A stretch of 64,000 bases of DNA, taken from NCBI GenBank assembly GCA_043228905.1, contig JBHGNT010000014.1, positions 19,902,001 through 19,966,000 of the forward strand. The letters run 5' to 3'. Shown here piece after piece: positions 36,543 to 50,967 of the stretch. The notes under the pieces were generated by a model. It did no database searches and was not told where the DNA came from. It saw only the letters and a list, made by a program, of their open reading frames with translations. The stretch's first letter is position 1, and the number at the start of each line of letters is the position of its first letter. This DNA comes from Azolla caroliniana. Lineage: Eukaryota; Plantae; Polypodiophyta. A program made the position numbers and the translations under genes.

Positions 36543-39500
36543 CTAATACTCATCATAACCATCGTCATCATCGTATTCATCAGCAGCATATGGCAGCTCA
36601 AAGTTTGGAGCTTCATTTTCTTCTCTTTCATTCCCCACATCTTCATCTTCATCTTCATCTTCATCCTCCACTTCACCATTGTCAAGTTCCCCTTCTTTCA
36701 CACTTACTTCCTCCTTCATGCCAGCCACCTCACTATTAATTACATTGCTGTCAGCCCAACTCACACGTTTCTCTTTAACCATGTTTGCATCCTCTGCCTT
36801 CTCATCATTTTTGCTCGTGTTCTGTTTTAATAATAAATTAATCAATGTGTGAACCTCTCTCTCTCTCTCTCTGGTTGCACCATGGTATCAAAAACCTTGA
36901 AATTGAGAGAACCTAGTTTGATTCTGTACATGGGCTCAGCCTGACCCCATAAAGTATTTCAATCTCTCGTGGATTACATATATCTGTGTTAAAGAACAGG
37001 CATATCTCCCTCCACGATGAGACTAGTAAACAACTGGCTTGTGGACAAATAATCAGCTTCTTAAATGGGCCTCCAACTAGAATGTTGAGATCTCTGGTGG
37101 CCTGTTGGTTTGAAAAGCTTGGACTGATAGTGGCGCCAGCATGTTAAACACAAAGGGAGGGGAATTAGCTAAAGATCCCATGCTCTAATCTGGTTCATGG
37201 TGTGGTGACAAACTACCTGAACAGTCCATTCTGTATAATCTGTCAGCAAGAGCTCGACCCTATTTCCATATATTAACGTAAGGGTAAGAGTCAGGGTGTT
37301 CTAGCAAATACATGCCAATATGAGCTTCACCCCGTAGACAGGAATCATGTCTCAAGAGAAGAAAAAACTGATTTGATCATGGATGCTTAGTCTGACTAAC
37401 TATTTTCCAAAGAAAGAAGTACCTAGATTTCATGGATGAAAGGAGAGTGGTGTTAAAATCCCTTCAGCTTTGAGACAGACAAGATATACAGATCTGACGG
37501 CTTACGTGATCACCATTGAGATTGTATAGGCGAGATCTAGTAATCTGTATTTTTTCCATAAATGGACAAGCAGAGTTTACTAGGTGTTCAATTCCCTATT
37601 AATGCCTTATAATCATGACAAAGAAAATTAAATGCACAAAAAAAATCCCTCCAAAAATAAAATAAAAGAAACAAATACAGATGTTTACAGAATTGGCATC
37701 TAATGAACATATAGAAACGATTCAACGACATATCCAAGCCATCATGACTAAAAATATATATAATATTCATACCTTTCCATCAAATAAATTTTCCAATGCA
37801 CTGTAGTTAACTTTTGAGCTAAGCTTCTGCAATATAAAAGGCATCAAGAAAGACATAATTGTCCTCAGATAGGGCTGGGGTATATGAAATCGTCTGGCAA
37901 AAAGAAGAGGATGGAAATCTTACAAATTTACCTTGGTTTGGAGCATTTGTTTGGTGGCCTCAGTAGCAGTTTCAGCAGGTCCTTTACTTTTTGCTTCCTC
38001 TCGTTTTCGTTTTCTATCCTGGTGTGCATGCATATTAGGAATTTTATAAAACTTCTAGACAAGCAGAGGCGGTAATACATGAAATGTCTATATTATATTG
38101 CAAATAAGAGTGCTGTGATTCAAAACAAGAACCTTTTTCAACTCAGCAACTGCAGCAGCAGCAGCAGCAGCAAGCTCAACAGAGTCGGCACCAGCAGCAG
38201 CAAGAATAGCAGCTTGTGCCGCTTGACTGGCAGCGAAAGCCTCTTCTTTGGCTTGTTGCGCCTGGTATTATCAAAATATAAGGATGCTGTTTTTTAATGA
38301 TAGGAAAATTGGTACAAAAAACATTTGAGCCCACTACCTCCAGATACTCTTTATTCATTTCTGTCCAGATGATTGTCTTTAACCGAATCTCTTCTTGATT
38401 ATGAAGATAAGCATCCACCTTTATCAAAATGTTTGTGTTTATAAAACATAAAGAGAATTCAAGAAGACTTGCTTTCAAGAAAATACGCCACTCAAATTAG
38501 TTACCTCATCATCATCAATGTCAGAGAATGTGTTCTCATCCCCAACAAGCTCTTCGGGTGAATCAAGCATTGTTGCAGGTTTCAGTTCACAAGAATCAAG
38601 GTCCTTATGAACACAATCATCAACTTTAGACATTTCAGCAGTATCACATGTGTTTTCTCCATCAGATCCATATTCAGCTCTGCTGAATGAGCATTCCTAG
38701 AAAGAAACAATACTCAATGACCAGATAAAAGTGACAATATATAACATTAAGTCTTTTATTCTGGAAAATAGTTGCTGAAGTATGTAAAGCTGATCTTTTG
38801 TTTACATACTTGTGATGGTTGCTAATGATCAAACATTAGAATTCTGGTAAATCACATTTATTCCATTCAAAACTCTAGCCAAAACATAATGAATTAAATG
38901 CCCTAGAAAAAACTTATGTTGTTTACAGAGAAAGGATGGAAGATGCTTAAATGAGTGTGCAATCAATCAGTTGGCATGTGCCGTCTGCAAACATTTCTTA
39001 ATAATAACTTAACAATAAAAGTTAAAATAAATCTAAACTAGTTTTTAGTAGGTGCAACTGGGAAAAATGGCCAGGGATTGGTAGAGAGCTCAATAAATAG
39101 ATTCTGAACCTACTAACTAACTAGATGGGCAGGTCTGCTCATTGTGAAACAGTTTGCAATCTGTCGTGAAACCATGTTTCAGAACCCAATGATGCACTAA
39201 ACTGAGGAAAATGTGCTTTGCTGCATGCGACATATAAAGATCAGATTTAAATGGTTTCCTCTACTTCCCCATACTCATTGTTAATAATCTAGGAGACCAC
39301 CTCTCACAAAACGAGAGCATATGTAAGTCTCAATTTATCTGTAGAGTTGTGAAACGTACATAAATGAGACTGAATTCCAAACATTCAAGGAAAAATTGAA
39401 TTGTTTCATGAAAATATTTGCAATGTGTTTACACCATTTGAACTTTGGTCATAAAGATGAACAAGTTGCAAATATACAAGAGTTAGAAACACTACTCTCA

Positions 39501-42500
39501 ATCTCATAAGAGAAAATGTTATAGGCCAACATAAAAGAGAAGGAATTGAATGAATTGTACAGAATAATGTCCTTTCCACCATTTACTTGTATCGTGGGTT
39601 AAGCCACATACCTTTTTATTTAATGAAGCAGAAGTGTTTTGCAGTTTTGTCACATCACTTTCAGTAGGATTTACATTGTCTGCAGTATGTACATCACCAT
39701 CGATAGGGCTTCTCTTTCCTTTATCTCTCTCGACTCTCAGCAAATCATCCTTTGATACTTCCAGGTTTACTCCCTGTCTTTTAGGACGGCCCCTCCCTCG
39801 CTTCTCTTTCTCTTCTGATATTTTAATTTTATCCTTTCCATAGTTAGCAGCACTTGCCTGTTCCTCTTGTAGTTTCTGCTCAGCCTCCATTCTTGTCTTC
39901 TCTGCGGCTTGGAATGCAGGGGGGGCCGAACCTCCTTCAAGGCCGCCTGAAACCCTCACAAACTGCACAGATTCAGCATTCAGTAATATGCCTACCTATG
40001 CAATCGGAATTATTGAAGAGTTTCAGCTTTCAAAAAATGACATTAAAGAATTACATTTACCTCCTCATAACAGCTTTTACATAGACCAACTGCAAAGTGG
40101 ACTGCTCCTGAAACCTTGTGCTCACATAGAACCTCTTGCTTAGCATCAACTTTACACGTTATTTTAGGCGGCTCAATTACTTGAGAAAGCAATTCATACT
40201 CTTTTGCCCGTGCTTCGAATTCCTCAGCCTGAAAAGTGCTTTTTGAATAGCCAGGATCAGATACTATGAATATATAATATGCATGCACATGAAAGCATTT
40301 GCCCATAGATATGTTACCCACAGTTAAGCTTCCAGACTCAGTTTTCTCAAACTCAATCAAACGCTTGGTTAGAGTTCCTTCACATATATGAACAACACTG
40401 ACCTGCCAAGAAAGAAGAATATTACGAACCTTCAAAAGGAATTTCTCAAAGTGGTACGCTAACCACTAACATATTACCACATCTGTTTTTGTGCACTCAA
40501 ATCCATGAATGTGTGCTGATATAAACAATGCCGCACCACAAATTCCACTTGGTCTTCTGCCAGTCTGTAGTTTTGCCAAATTAACACATTAAGCAATTCA
40601 TTCTATAAAGAACTTCTATGCTACATGCACAGAATAAGACCTGCATCCAATCCCGCTTCATGCTTGCTACCAGCCTGAGAGCCATGTTAGCAATTGGATG
40701 AAACTTCTTTTCCTGACCAGATGTTTTCCTGACCAGCCCTGTAAAGAGGAACCACACGTAAAATGATAATCACAACAGCTACACTCCTTCAGACCATCAG
40801 TTTCCTAACAAAAGGTAATCACAATAACAATTACACTGCATATTGTACATCCTATTTTTACCTTTATACAATCCGTTTGTATCAGGAAGACAAGAGGGAT
40901 GAGAGAAAACAACCAGATCAATTACATGCTGTCAATACAGACAAATGTACACAAATACATGAAACCTCAATATATACAGCCACTAAAATTCTACACTGCC
41001 AGCAATGAGCATCGATAAACTTCCTCTTGACTTCCCCCCATTGCCATCAGCTGGCAAGATTTACCTGGGAAATTATCACTGTGGATTACATTTTAAATAA
41101 AGGACTCATTATAAGGGTAGACCACATACATCAATGCCATCTTCACTACAGTAACTGGAACACGTGTGTTGGCCTTACGCAACCATGCTTGTGACGGGAT
41201 ATGCCTTAAGTATCCCTTTTATGTAAACCCCCTTAAAGTGCCTCGATTTAAGGGAATCCTACCAAATGCAAGTGGATCTCAACGACCAAGTGCATTAAAC
41301 AAGTAGCTGTTGGAGCATTAAATGCTCATTGGTGAGGTCACCCCTTTTTTCCTAGAGTCTGGCTGCTCACTGTAAGATTTGCTGGAATACGTCTACTACA
41401 GAACCATGCTTTCTAGTTTTCATTTGCATTGTCTCACTCTCCCCGTCTTAATCTTTTGTTAATTAATTACCCCTTTAATACATAAGTTATATGTCCATTA
41501 CATCAAGAAGAGAGCAAGAATAATTTACGATCAGTAAAACGATGAATAAATAGACTTGGATCAACTGGTTTTTGCATGATAGGGTGCTGTTCTAGGCTTA
41601 AAAGCTGGCAAAGCTGAAGGAAAACACCGCCCAGCACATACCTGCCAAGAAATTCAAAAACTGTAATAGTAAAATACAGTTCAGGTCTTTCAATGTTCTT
41701 CAATTCAGAATCACTACAATACTTTACGTACACACTAGTTTGCAGAAAGTCTGAGAAGTCAATCAGTAGGAATGGCTTTTGTTCTTGCCTGTGAGGAACA
41801 AACACACATCAGAATAGAGAGAAATCACCATAAAAAACAACAGGTACAACAGTGACACGAGCAACAGACTGCACCTGCAAATGATATACAAGCATGCAGC
41901 TGCAACCTGATTTGTTCTACGGCCTCTGGTAAAGTTGCGTTCTACTGCAATCTATTACCACAATTGAACATAAACAGAATAACATGAATACCCAGAGTTG
42001 AAAAATGATGGCATAAAGCTCAGAACTCATTATCCATTAAACGAACTTACAACATATAAGCGATGGGCAGCATTTACTACATCCTCTCTGCTACTTATAC
42101 AAAGAAAATCTGCAATGTCACTTATCTCATTCCGTCCTGTAAAGGGGTTACGAGAATGATCCAAAAAGCTTAATTATCTTACAAAACGGCCATTAACAGA
42201 TAATAAGTGCTTAAAATCTATAAAAACACATGAATAAAAATAGAATCTCGTGATAAAGCACATAAACATATTATTTATTCTTCTTTGCAGTCTGCACCTC
42301 AAGGGCAAGTAAGAAGCTACAAAACAATATCCATCCCCTCCTAAAAACCAGTGACCCTATTCAATTTCTTCTCCAACCTTCAAGGGTTTCAGGTAAACCA
42401 CCAAAATCATTCAATGTATGTTACAATCTTCAAGCAATTCCCCAAAATATCCTGCAGATCATGCCATAATTCTAAAGCATCCAACGTATTTATACCTGTA

Positions 42501-43926
42501 TAATCTGCCTTCCCAATTACATTTCTAACATTATGCATAGCTGTTTGGAGCACCAATCATTGAATCTATCACATATAGAAATAACTAATACAAGAAAACC
42601 ATGCCACCTCAATATCCCTGCTCTCAAGGCTTCACCTAGAGATGTCTCCTCACAATCATCATCTGCTCAAAAGACTAATGCTCAAGCTATGATCCCTATC
42701 CATCAGTAATATTAGAACAAGACCTTAAGTTTTGCCGTCCATCAAGGCTGGACCTTGGGATGATCCTCCCAATGATCGTCCACACAAATGCCTAATGCTC
42801 CAATCAAGGATCTCTATCCATAGTCAAATTTGAAAAAAAAACCTAAAAAGTACCATCACCACTGGATCTATCACACTACAGAAATGACAAATACGAGAAT
42901 ACAATGACACCCTAGCATAGTTATGCTCTCGAGGCTTGAATTAGGAATGACTCTTCACAGTTCAAAGATCAAGCAATGTTACCTATTAATTATTAAAATT
43001 AGATCAAAATCCTAAGACTTGCCATCTGTTGAGGCTGGACTGAGGGACGACCCTCACAATGATCATACTCTCAAATTACTAATGCTCTAATCAACAATCC
43101 CTATATATTGTCAAAATTAGAGCAAAATCCTAAGAATTGGCATCGCCACCAGATCTATCACACTGTAGGAATGACTAATACAAGAATATCATGAGGCCCA
43201 AAATTAGTTGTCCTCTCGAGAATTGATGTAAGGATGATGCACAGCTATCATTGGCTCCAATGAGTAATGCTCCAATCAACTGTCCCTATCCATCATAAAA
43301 AATGTGGCAAAACTTTACGAGCCACCATCATGCCAGATTATAGAGTTTCCGGTCATTATTTAGTGAACAAAAACTGAGGTGTCCATAGAGGGGTTCTTCT
43401 GCTTTAGAGGAAACATTGGAGGGGGGAATACATTTCAATTTAATCCTACATTGAGCTGACAAAATAGTACAGGAGGACACACACATAAAACCGTCTTCAA
43501 GGGTTCTTCAAGGAGATCGCATCCAGAAGGATTACAATGTTCCCTCAAAATGAAGCTAGGTTCCCAACACATACAAAGAGAATAGTGTTACCTTTCTCCA
43601 ATGTTTTCTCATGTGAATCAGTTGCATATGCACGTCCTTCAGTTCCAGAATTGTCTCTATACTGCCGATCGCGCACGAAGTTACCTTGAAGTTGACTCTG
43701 TAGAAGAACATAAACCAAACCAACTCAAAAGAGAGATAAATGAAAACAGAGGAAGGGGTGTATAGAAATTAGCTGCCGTGCCCTCTCATCTTCATGAGTT
43801 GAGAATCCTCACCTGACCATCCGAGCTCTTCACAAAAGTGGGATCTGAAGAATAAACATTGTCATCCAGCACTCGCCCACAGCCCGTGCAACACCTGGAA
43901 GCCTCCCGTCATAGCCGAAGGACAAC

Positions 43927-43984
<58 letters not shown>

Positions 43985-44100
43985 TCATAGGATCTAACAC
44001 AGAAATAACGAAATGCCCTCCGTCTCTCTCATCTAACAGGATTTATCTCAGCAAGCAGAAGACTGGTGACTTCATGGCTCCCCCCACCCCCCCGCCCCCC

Positions 44101-44133
<33 letters not shown>

Positions 44134-44249
44134 TACACATACACACACAATTAGCAGGATTTATCACAGAGAAGGATGGCTCACGTGAAGCCATTGACGT
44201 CGTCAGCTTCCGCATGCTGGTCCTTGGCGCAGTAACTGCACCACACCAT
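36543..44249 (-). CDS. BRF1: TFIIIB 60/90-kDa subunit BRF1 (TFIIB-related: Zn ribbon, two cyclin folds, BRF1 TBP-binding domain)
   Basis: 18 exons: 44249-44185, 43894-43813, 43697-43592, 42136-42051, 41951-41875, 41788-41732, 41641-41529, 40738-40641, 40564-40478, 40402-40322, 40228-40061, 39962-39612, 38696-38505, 38418-38338, 38261-38133, 38018-37932, 37826-37773, 36821-36543. Motifs: [104 protein letters not shown]. Confidence 0.95.
42620..43330. repeat. Diverged nested tandem repeat in BRF1 intron 3
   Basis: TAATGCTC at ~42677, 42793, 43080 and 43265. GATCTATCACACT at ~42866 and ~43152 (period ~286). Confidence 0.7.
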
Positions 44250-44412
44250 CTCTGGGGCTGTCTCTGCTCAGGCTCAGCCTCAGCCTCGGCCTCGGCCTCT
44301 GTCGCTGTGTCCTTTCCTTTCCCCTGCGCCCCGGGTTCAAATCCACCTCCGCCTTCGAAGTCTCTACTATGCATAATACATATCAATAAAATTCTGAGAA
44401 GAGAAGGCACCG

Positions 44413-44478
44413 TATATGTATATGTATGTCTATAACAGTATATGTATGTGTATGTGTATGTCTATAACAGTATATGTA

Positions 44479-44569
<91 letters not shown>

Positions 44570-44617
44570 GTGTCTTTGTGTATGTGTCTTTGTGTATGCG
44601 TATGTATATGTATATGT
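44413..44617. repeat. (TGTATG)n microsatellite upstream of BRF1
   Basis: About 16 perfect units at ~44476-44571 with degenerate flanks. Confidence 0.95.
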
Positions 44618-46602
44618 AGAGGAAAGATTGAGAGAGCATGGCCAAGCTTCACCATGGGTCTCCTAATCTTGATCTTTCCTTTATATCACTTAGCCATGGT
44701 TTCCTCGTATTTTCTCTGTCATATACATGCTTGGTGTTCACCATGACCTATGCTACAACATAGGTGGGGTTTCGACCCACTCACTCGATGAACTACCTCG
44801 CCATTTTGGATGATTCTTGGTCTCACCCCCCATGCTCTCTATTCTCTTTGTCTGTCTGATGCATAACTTCCACCTATTTTTTCACCATGCACTAACTCGT
44901 GGATTCTGTTTTAGTGTTGCAATCGTTGACTTTTTCCCTTCGAAATTTATAAACACAGCCCGCGTCACAACCATTATTATCTTATATTTTTCCCAATATT
45001 GCAACTAAATCTTGTAATGCTTTTTCCTACTTAGAATGGCTTGGTAACCTATAGAATGCACTTTTTCATAAGAGGAAATTTATTGTTATTCATTCACATT
45101 CCTTGGCATAGAAGATATGTTATTTAGATTGGGATAATTGGTTTGAAAGGTATTGTTGCAAAATGGAGGGAAGAGAATCTCATGGTTGTGATTTGCCCAT
45201 AATAAAGCTAATCATTTAGTAAAGGAGCTATACTCCTTGCATGTTTTATGTATGTATGGTTTTTCATCTAAGCCCATCCATAGTGGGAAAGGTTAGAGAT
45301 GTCATTGAATATTATTTCAATACATTAATCATTACCAATAATAATGTTTAAAATAACTTAACATCCTACGAAAACTTTTGTGCACGAAGATAGAAAAAGG
45401 TATATTTTGAAAAGGTGATTTTGTTAGCCTTTTTGCATAAGGAGTAATTTGAACTTGTGTTGAAATATTTCAGAAGTGCACTTAACCAATCTTGGCAAGG
45501 TGAACCTTGACAACCAATTTCCAAAAGTTCCTAAACCTTATGAATGTTGGCAAGCAAAATGCAAACCTAAATCGCATCCCCAAAATTTTTGTGGTGCTAC
45601 TAAAATTTTGTGAGCAACATATTAACTTCATTTCCATCCAATTCCACCTTTAGTTATAGTCTCCACCCATGACTAACATGTTATGACCTCACCCCAATCC
45701 CATAGTGACATGCAACAAGAATATCACTAACATAAATGGCCATAATATTTAAGGGTAGCATGGAATACATAGGATCTTTGAACCACTAGATTATTCCTAA
45801 GGCCATATCATATTTCAGATAACCAAGATTCAGATTTTAATATTGAATCATGCTAGATGGTATGTCTTCACAACCCACATGAAACCTCATAGAGTATTTC
45901 ATAAAGCTAGACAAGATTGTGAAAACGTTAGACTATGAAACTTGTCAAACCAGCTTGTAAAGTGCTATTATAAATTATATTCAAAATTCACTTACAAAGG
46001 AGAATATTTCCTCAAAGTAATGTTATGACACCATTCTTTACTAGATATTTAGGATTCATTCGAAAAGCCATGTTTTGGGAAGCAAACTACTACCGTGCAT
46101 GATAACAAAACAATGTATGTACACAAGGTGAGGTTATGAATGAATTAGGTGATAAGATTCAAAATTGACCCTTGGATATGTCACAAGTAGTTGCAAATTG
46201 TTTTACTTCAATGCATATATGCTGTGGTTGCCTATGTTGGTGATTGATGTTATTAAATGCTCAACTACAAGTAAGATTATGACCCATTTTGAAATGAAGA
46301 GTCTTGCAAAACAAAGGAACTCCTAGCCAACAAAACAATCTTGTTCCACAAGATGTCCATACTAACCTAGGTTTCTATATGAAAAGGACAGGCGGAAAGC
46401 TTAATGATGGTTGAATACATAAAGAGCATTTTTAGCATTGAAGAGACTTTTCAAAAACCACGAGGAGACGACTAACATGCGTAAATAAAACTAATAAACT
46501 TACAGAAAGCCCCCAAAATTATACATGGGATGAACCTTGCGATGCATAATGATAGTCATGAAACATATGTAACTATGAACTGCTTTTTCTCAATCATTCA
46601 AT

Positions 46603-49600
46603 TCATCCATTGGTTGTCAAAAAGAAGGCAAGAACTGCAATGCCTAAAGAACACGTGATAACAATAGAAGCCGCAATATTAATAACAAATCGAGATGGCT
46701 GCTTCTCTTTGCCATTATCCTCGACCTGTTTTAAAAGTTCCCTTACAACATTCATATCTCCATCTTTTGCCGCTTGCATTATTCTACTCTCAAGTTTAGC
46801 AAGAGTATGTAGTTTGGCTTCTTGAGCCTTATCTTTCGATGTCCAAATAAAGCTAGTAGACCTCCAAAGTAATATACCCATGTAAATGCCAGAAACAACA
46901 TCGACACTATAATGATGGCGCTCTCTTATTTCCCGCTGTGCAGTGTGCAACACAGACAACCAGAGAAAGACGGATGTCCAACCTGGATAAGCCTCCTGAA
47001 TACCAAAACAGATAAAAACATATTTTAGTGAGTTCGTTTTGTAATTCCTTGTTTTCTACTAGTAGTATTTACATGCATGCAATAAAAGTCACAACTCTAT
47101 ATACCGTCCATGCCATTGCTGTCAATGAAGACACAAGAACATGCCCACTGAAAATAAGGTCATTACAGCCACCACCAGCTCGCTTGAGTGTAGTAAACCA
47201 AGATTCTTCCCCACTGGATTCCTGTGGCCTCAATAAATTCACTAGGAACTGCATACTTCCCCAGTTTGGTATATATTCAGCTGGATATTCTCCTACAGCC
47301 GCTGCATCAATAAAAGTGACACAAAAAGAAATTTCTCTTAGATGCATTTGAGCAAAGATGATGATAATCTTCCTATATGCATGGCACAATGCCCAGCATA
47401 AACAAATAATTAAGAAGAGAGACAATAAAAAAAATACTTGCCGTAAGCCATGTCTTGTGTAAGAAGATCTCGAATTCGTTGGGCATCTGTTGCATATGGT
47501 GTGTAGAACTTCTGAGCCCATGGATGTGGATGCCTCGGAATATTGAACCTTCCCTGCGCACACCATGGCCGGGCTGAAGGAAGTATGGTGGCCACAAATG
47601 TCATAACCCTCAAAAGCCGCCCTACACCCATGCTAAACATATACCTGGCAGCTAGGCCTAATCCAGGGGCTTTGACAAAATCAAAGAGGACAGAAAACGC
47701 AAGCATGAGAAATAGCATCATATAATGCTGCAGGACAAATAGGTGTGCTCGCAAGATCTCCACAATCATAGATGGAAGCCTCTCATTCAAAGCAAGCAGG
47801 AACCATTGACCTGTATCTGGTAGGGGAGCAGTTTCCCTGCATTGCAAGCAGAGTCATCAGAGATATAACACTACACACTTGTAAAACAAAACATAGAGCC
47901 AAAGTGCTTCAACAAGTAAAAATGCATTAGTAAATCTGAACGAAGGCAGGTAGCAGATCTTTAAGACTAGTGACACAATGCTATGTCAATTCAATAATGT
48001 ATTATCACATTACATATAACAGAATATAAAGCTAAGGAAAACTTGCAATAATGTTAACAATGCAATCCAACAAAACAGAAGAAGATGAACAGTCTCGCTC
48101 AAAATGAGAAGGAATGAATACTACTTCAGGCCAATTTAACCCACAATGTTGAACCTTTCAACAAAATATCACAACAGGAAAATACATGTATCTGTGCATC
48201 ATTATCTGGAAAAACATTTCATCCATATGTTAGTGAGAGCTGTATTCCAAGAAAAAATATTGTCTGCTGTAAAAGATATGAGGAGATTGATGAGGGGTAT
48301 CCGTGCTGTGATTTTACCAACACCACCATATCAACCTATTTTCATAAGCACTCACTGGTGAAGTGCATTTGCTACAGCACCCACATTTCCGCCTTGGATT
48401 TGCTATGACCTCTGCATGGTCAAGATGAAGTGAATGGCATTGCTCATAGTCAACAAAGGTCCTTTGCGGATAACGTTTATTCATTGTACAAGTGACCAAG
48501 ATTCCATATTTTATATTGATTTTATGAATGTCATAAGTGACCAAGATTCCATATTTTATATTGATTTTATGAATGTGACAATGCTCCCTTTTGACTAACT
48601 ACAAACCAACATCACTTGAAAATAAGTCTGGGACTTTAAGAAAGAGCAAGTCGCCAAGTTCAAGTTGCAACATAAGTCTTGGAAAACTTCCTTGATTTTT
48701 TTACACTTTCTGCTTAGGCAAGCCAATACACAAACAATGGGCATGATTGAGATTGTGCATGAGGACAAAAGGAGTAAGACTTACCCAAAGCTAAATGTTT
48801 AGCATTATTATGTGCAAATTTCATGACGGAATGACAATTTCCTCCATTCGTTTGTTTTTCATTGAAAAGCACCAAGTATGGCTTTGAGTTCTTGCGCAAT
48901 CTTTCAAAGTTTCCTTTAGCATGCACCAAGCAGGAAGTTGGGAGTGTGGTTTACCTGGTAACTTATTTATTATGTGAACAAGGTCATGGCAGTCTTACTG
49001 CAAGACTTTTCACGCTCAAGTTGGTTCATTTCATTCAGAGATAGTTGAGGTAAGACGTCAAACAAGAATGTATGCATTAATAAAAATAAATAAAGGTTGA
49101 ACAGAGGAGGTTGACCAAAAAGGAGGAAGAAGGTCCAGGCCGGGATGAGTGAACAAGTGAGGTGAAGCAGAAAACACAAGGATGTTGTGACGCCTGCACT
49201 TAGATTAGGTGAATAAGCAGGTTTACAAGATTAGGGTTTAGGGTAAGCAGCAGTATAGTGGTTAGTTATATAGATGGAAGTCCAACAAGTAGCCAAGGCT
49301 GCTATAAAGGTACACAATTTGGTGTGCTAAGTATTTAGTTATCCTGTGATCGTACCGTGTGCCATATTGAACACGTCCTAGGGCAATTCAATTTCTAGAG
49401 TTGCGACATGTTATAAATGTCTAGTGGTTTGGTGGTGAATCCCGTCTGCTTTGCCAGTGATCACAATTCAATTAGAATTTCTCACTGTGGCTATGATTAT
49501 ATGGATTGAAATAGAGGATTACTTGCTCCTCACTAATATGTGCCAATAAAGCAAACTTTAGCTTTCTTGTAAACAGTTTTTGGTATTGCAGCTGTCATAA

Positions 49601-50047
49601 AAATGGGAAATGTGTGCATATGGAAGACCAAATTATAACTTCTCTTTGTATTCACAGATCTATGGTGACCAGTACTGGAACAGAGATTACTTGCAATTAT
49701 CCATATCTCAAAATGGATCTAATAGAAGAAAAATTATAATCAGATACTTCCATCTGTAAACCACCCATAAAACAAGCATCCTTCTGATGTGGCGACCCCT
49801 TCTACTTGATACAGACATCAATAAATATATTGTTGTTGTATCCATTCAACCCTGAGGCAGATGACAGGCATGACAATCACAAAAATGGGGAGTATAGACA
49901 GAATATATATATATATATAAGTCCATTTTAAAAATTCTCTCCGTTCTAAAGGAAAATAAACAGAAAACATAGAAACTCTTGTTCCCGACCCATCTTTTAT
50001 CACTAATAGAATTGGTTACAAAAGATGGCATTTCTGACATGATACTT

Positions 50048-50096
<49 letters not shown>

Positions 50097-50667
50097 TACC
50101 TCCCAGAAAAATAGGAGATTTGCTTCATCATGTTGATCGAAAATGACAAAGAGGAGCAGGGGACATGACATAGAAGACTTACTGGTGCCAGGAGAGGCCG
50201 AGAACAGAAGTGACGAATTGCACTGCAATGGCTTCAATGCAGAAGGCCAGGAGCATGAAGGCAAGGGATGCGAGGAATGCGGGGGCAGCCCGGATCTCGT
50301 GAGACCAATGGGGGTAGAAGGGTGCCCGGGAAGCTGCCACCACCGCCAGTACTGCCCACAGGAGCGGCTGAAGGCCGGAATGGAGGCCTGGGGCAGTGAC
50401 GCGGAGGTAATCGACAGCCACATACAAGACGGCCACGGCCCCAAGCATCGCACGTGACCGCTCATTCTGCTGCTTCTTCTGCTTCACCTCCTGCTGTTGT
50501 GGCTGCTGATCCTGAGAGAAAGAGGAGGAGGAGGAAGAAGAAGAAGAAGAAGAAGAAGAGAGCAAATGATCCTGCTCATCGTCTTCACCATCTCCGCTTC
50601 TTCTCTTGGCGGCCCTCCTCCGCATGAACGGCTTCAAGAGCTGCTGTAGCAGGCCGGGCCTGGCCAT
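46603..50667 (-). CDS. Sphingomyelin-synthase/IPCS-like membrane protein (PAP2_C), PHLOEM UNLOADING MODULATOR-like
   Basis: 4 exons: 50667-50183, 47836-47442, 47301-47105, 46995-46603; intron 2 is GC-AG. Catalytic motifs GGGCNDLIFSGH and RERHHYSVDV. Also PLPDTGQWFLLALNERLP, TILPSARPWCA and PHPHPWAQK. Confidence 0.9.
48490..48577. repeat. 45-bp tandem duplication in an intron
   Basis: AAGTGACCAAGATTCCATATTTTTATATTGATTTTATGAATGT occurs twice. Confidence 0.9.
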
Positions 50668-50967
50668 GGCCGTTTCCTTCGTTTAACAACAAATTGCTCT
50701 GTTCCTCTCTTTTTGTATGAGAAGGAGGTATGTATGTATCTATATATGTACATACATGTATGTATCTATATATGTACGTATGTATATGTATGTATGTGTG
50801 TGTGTATGGGTGGCTGGGTGTTTCTGTTAGCGGTTAAAATAGAAGTGATTGGGAAGGGAGACTCGAGAGGGGAGGAAGTAAAAGAAAGAAAGAAAGAAAG
50901 TAAGTAAGGAGGCACACGCATTTCATTTGTATTGTATGAAGTGTGAAAAGGGGTGTGTGTGTAAAAA

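Noticed and set aside
44117-44746. ORFs with EAEAE, YT/HT/CV repeats upstream of BRF1
   Set aside because: Microsatellite translations, out of frame with the BRF1 ATG.
49183-49408. Short TG..CA LTR/TRIM-like segment in PLM intron 1
   Set aside because: The flanks (AAGGA and TGTTA) give no TSD and no partner LTR is seen.
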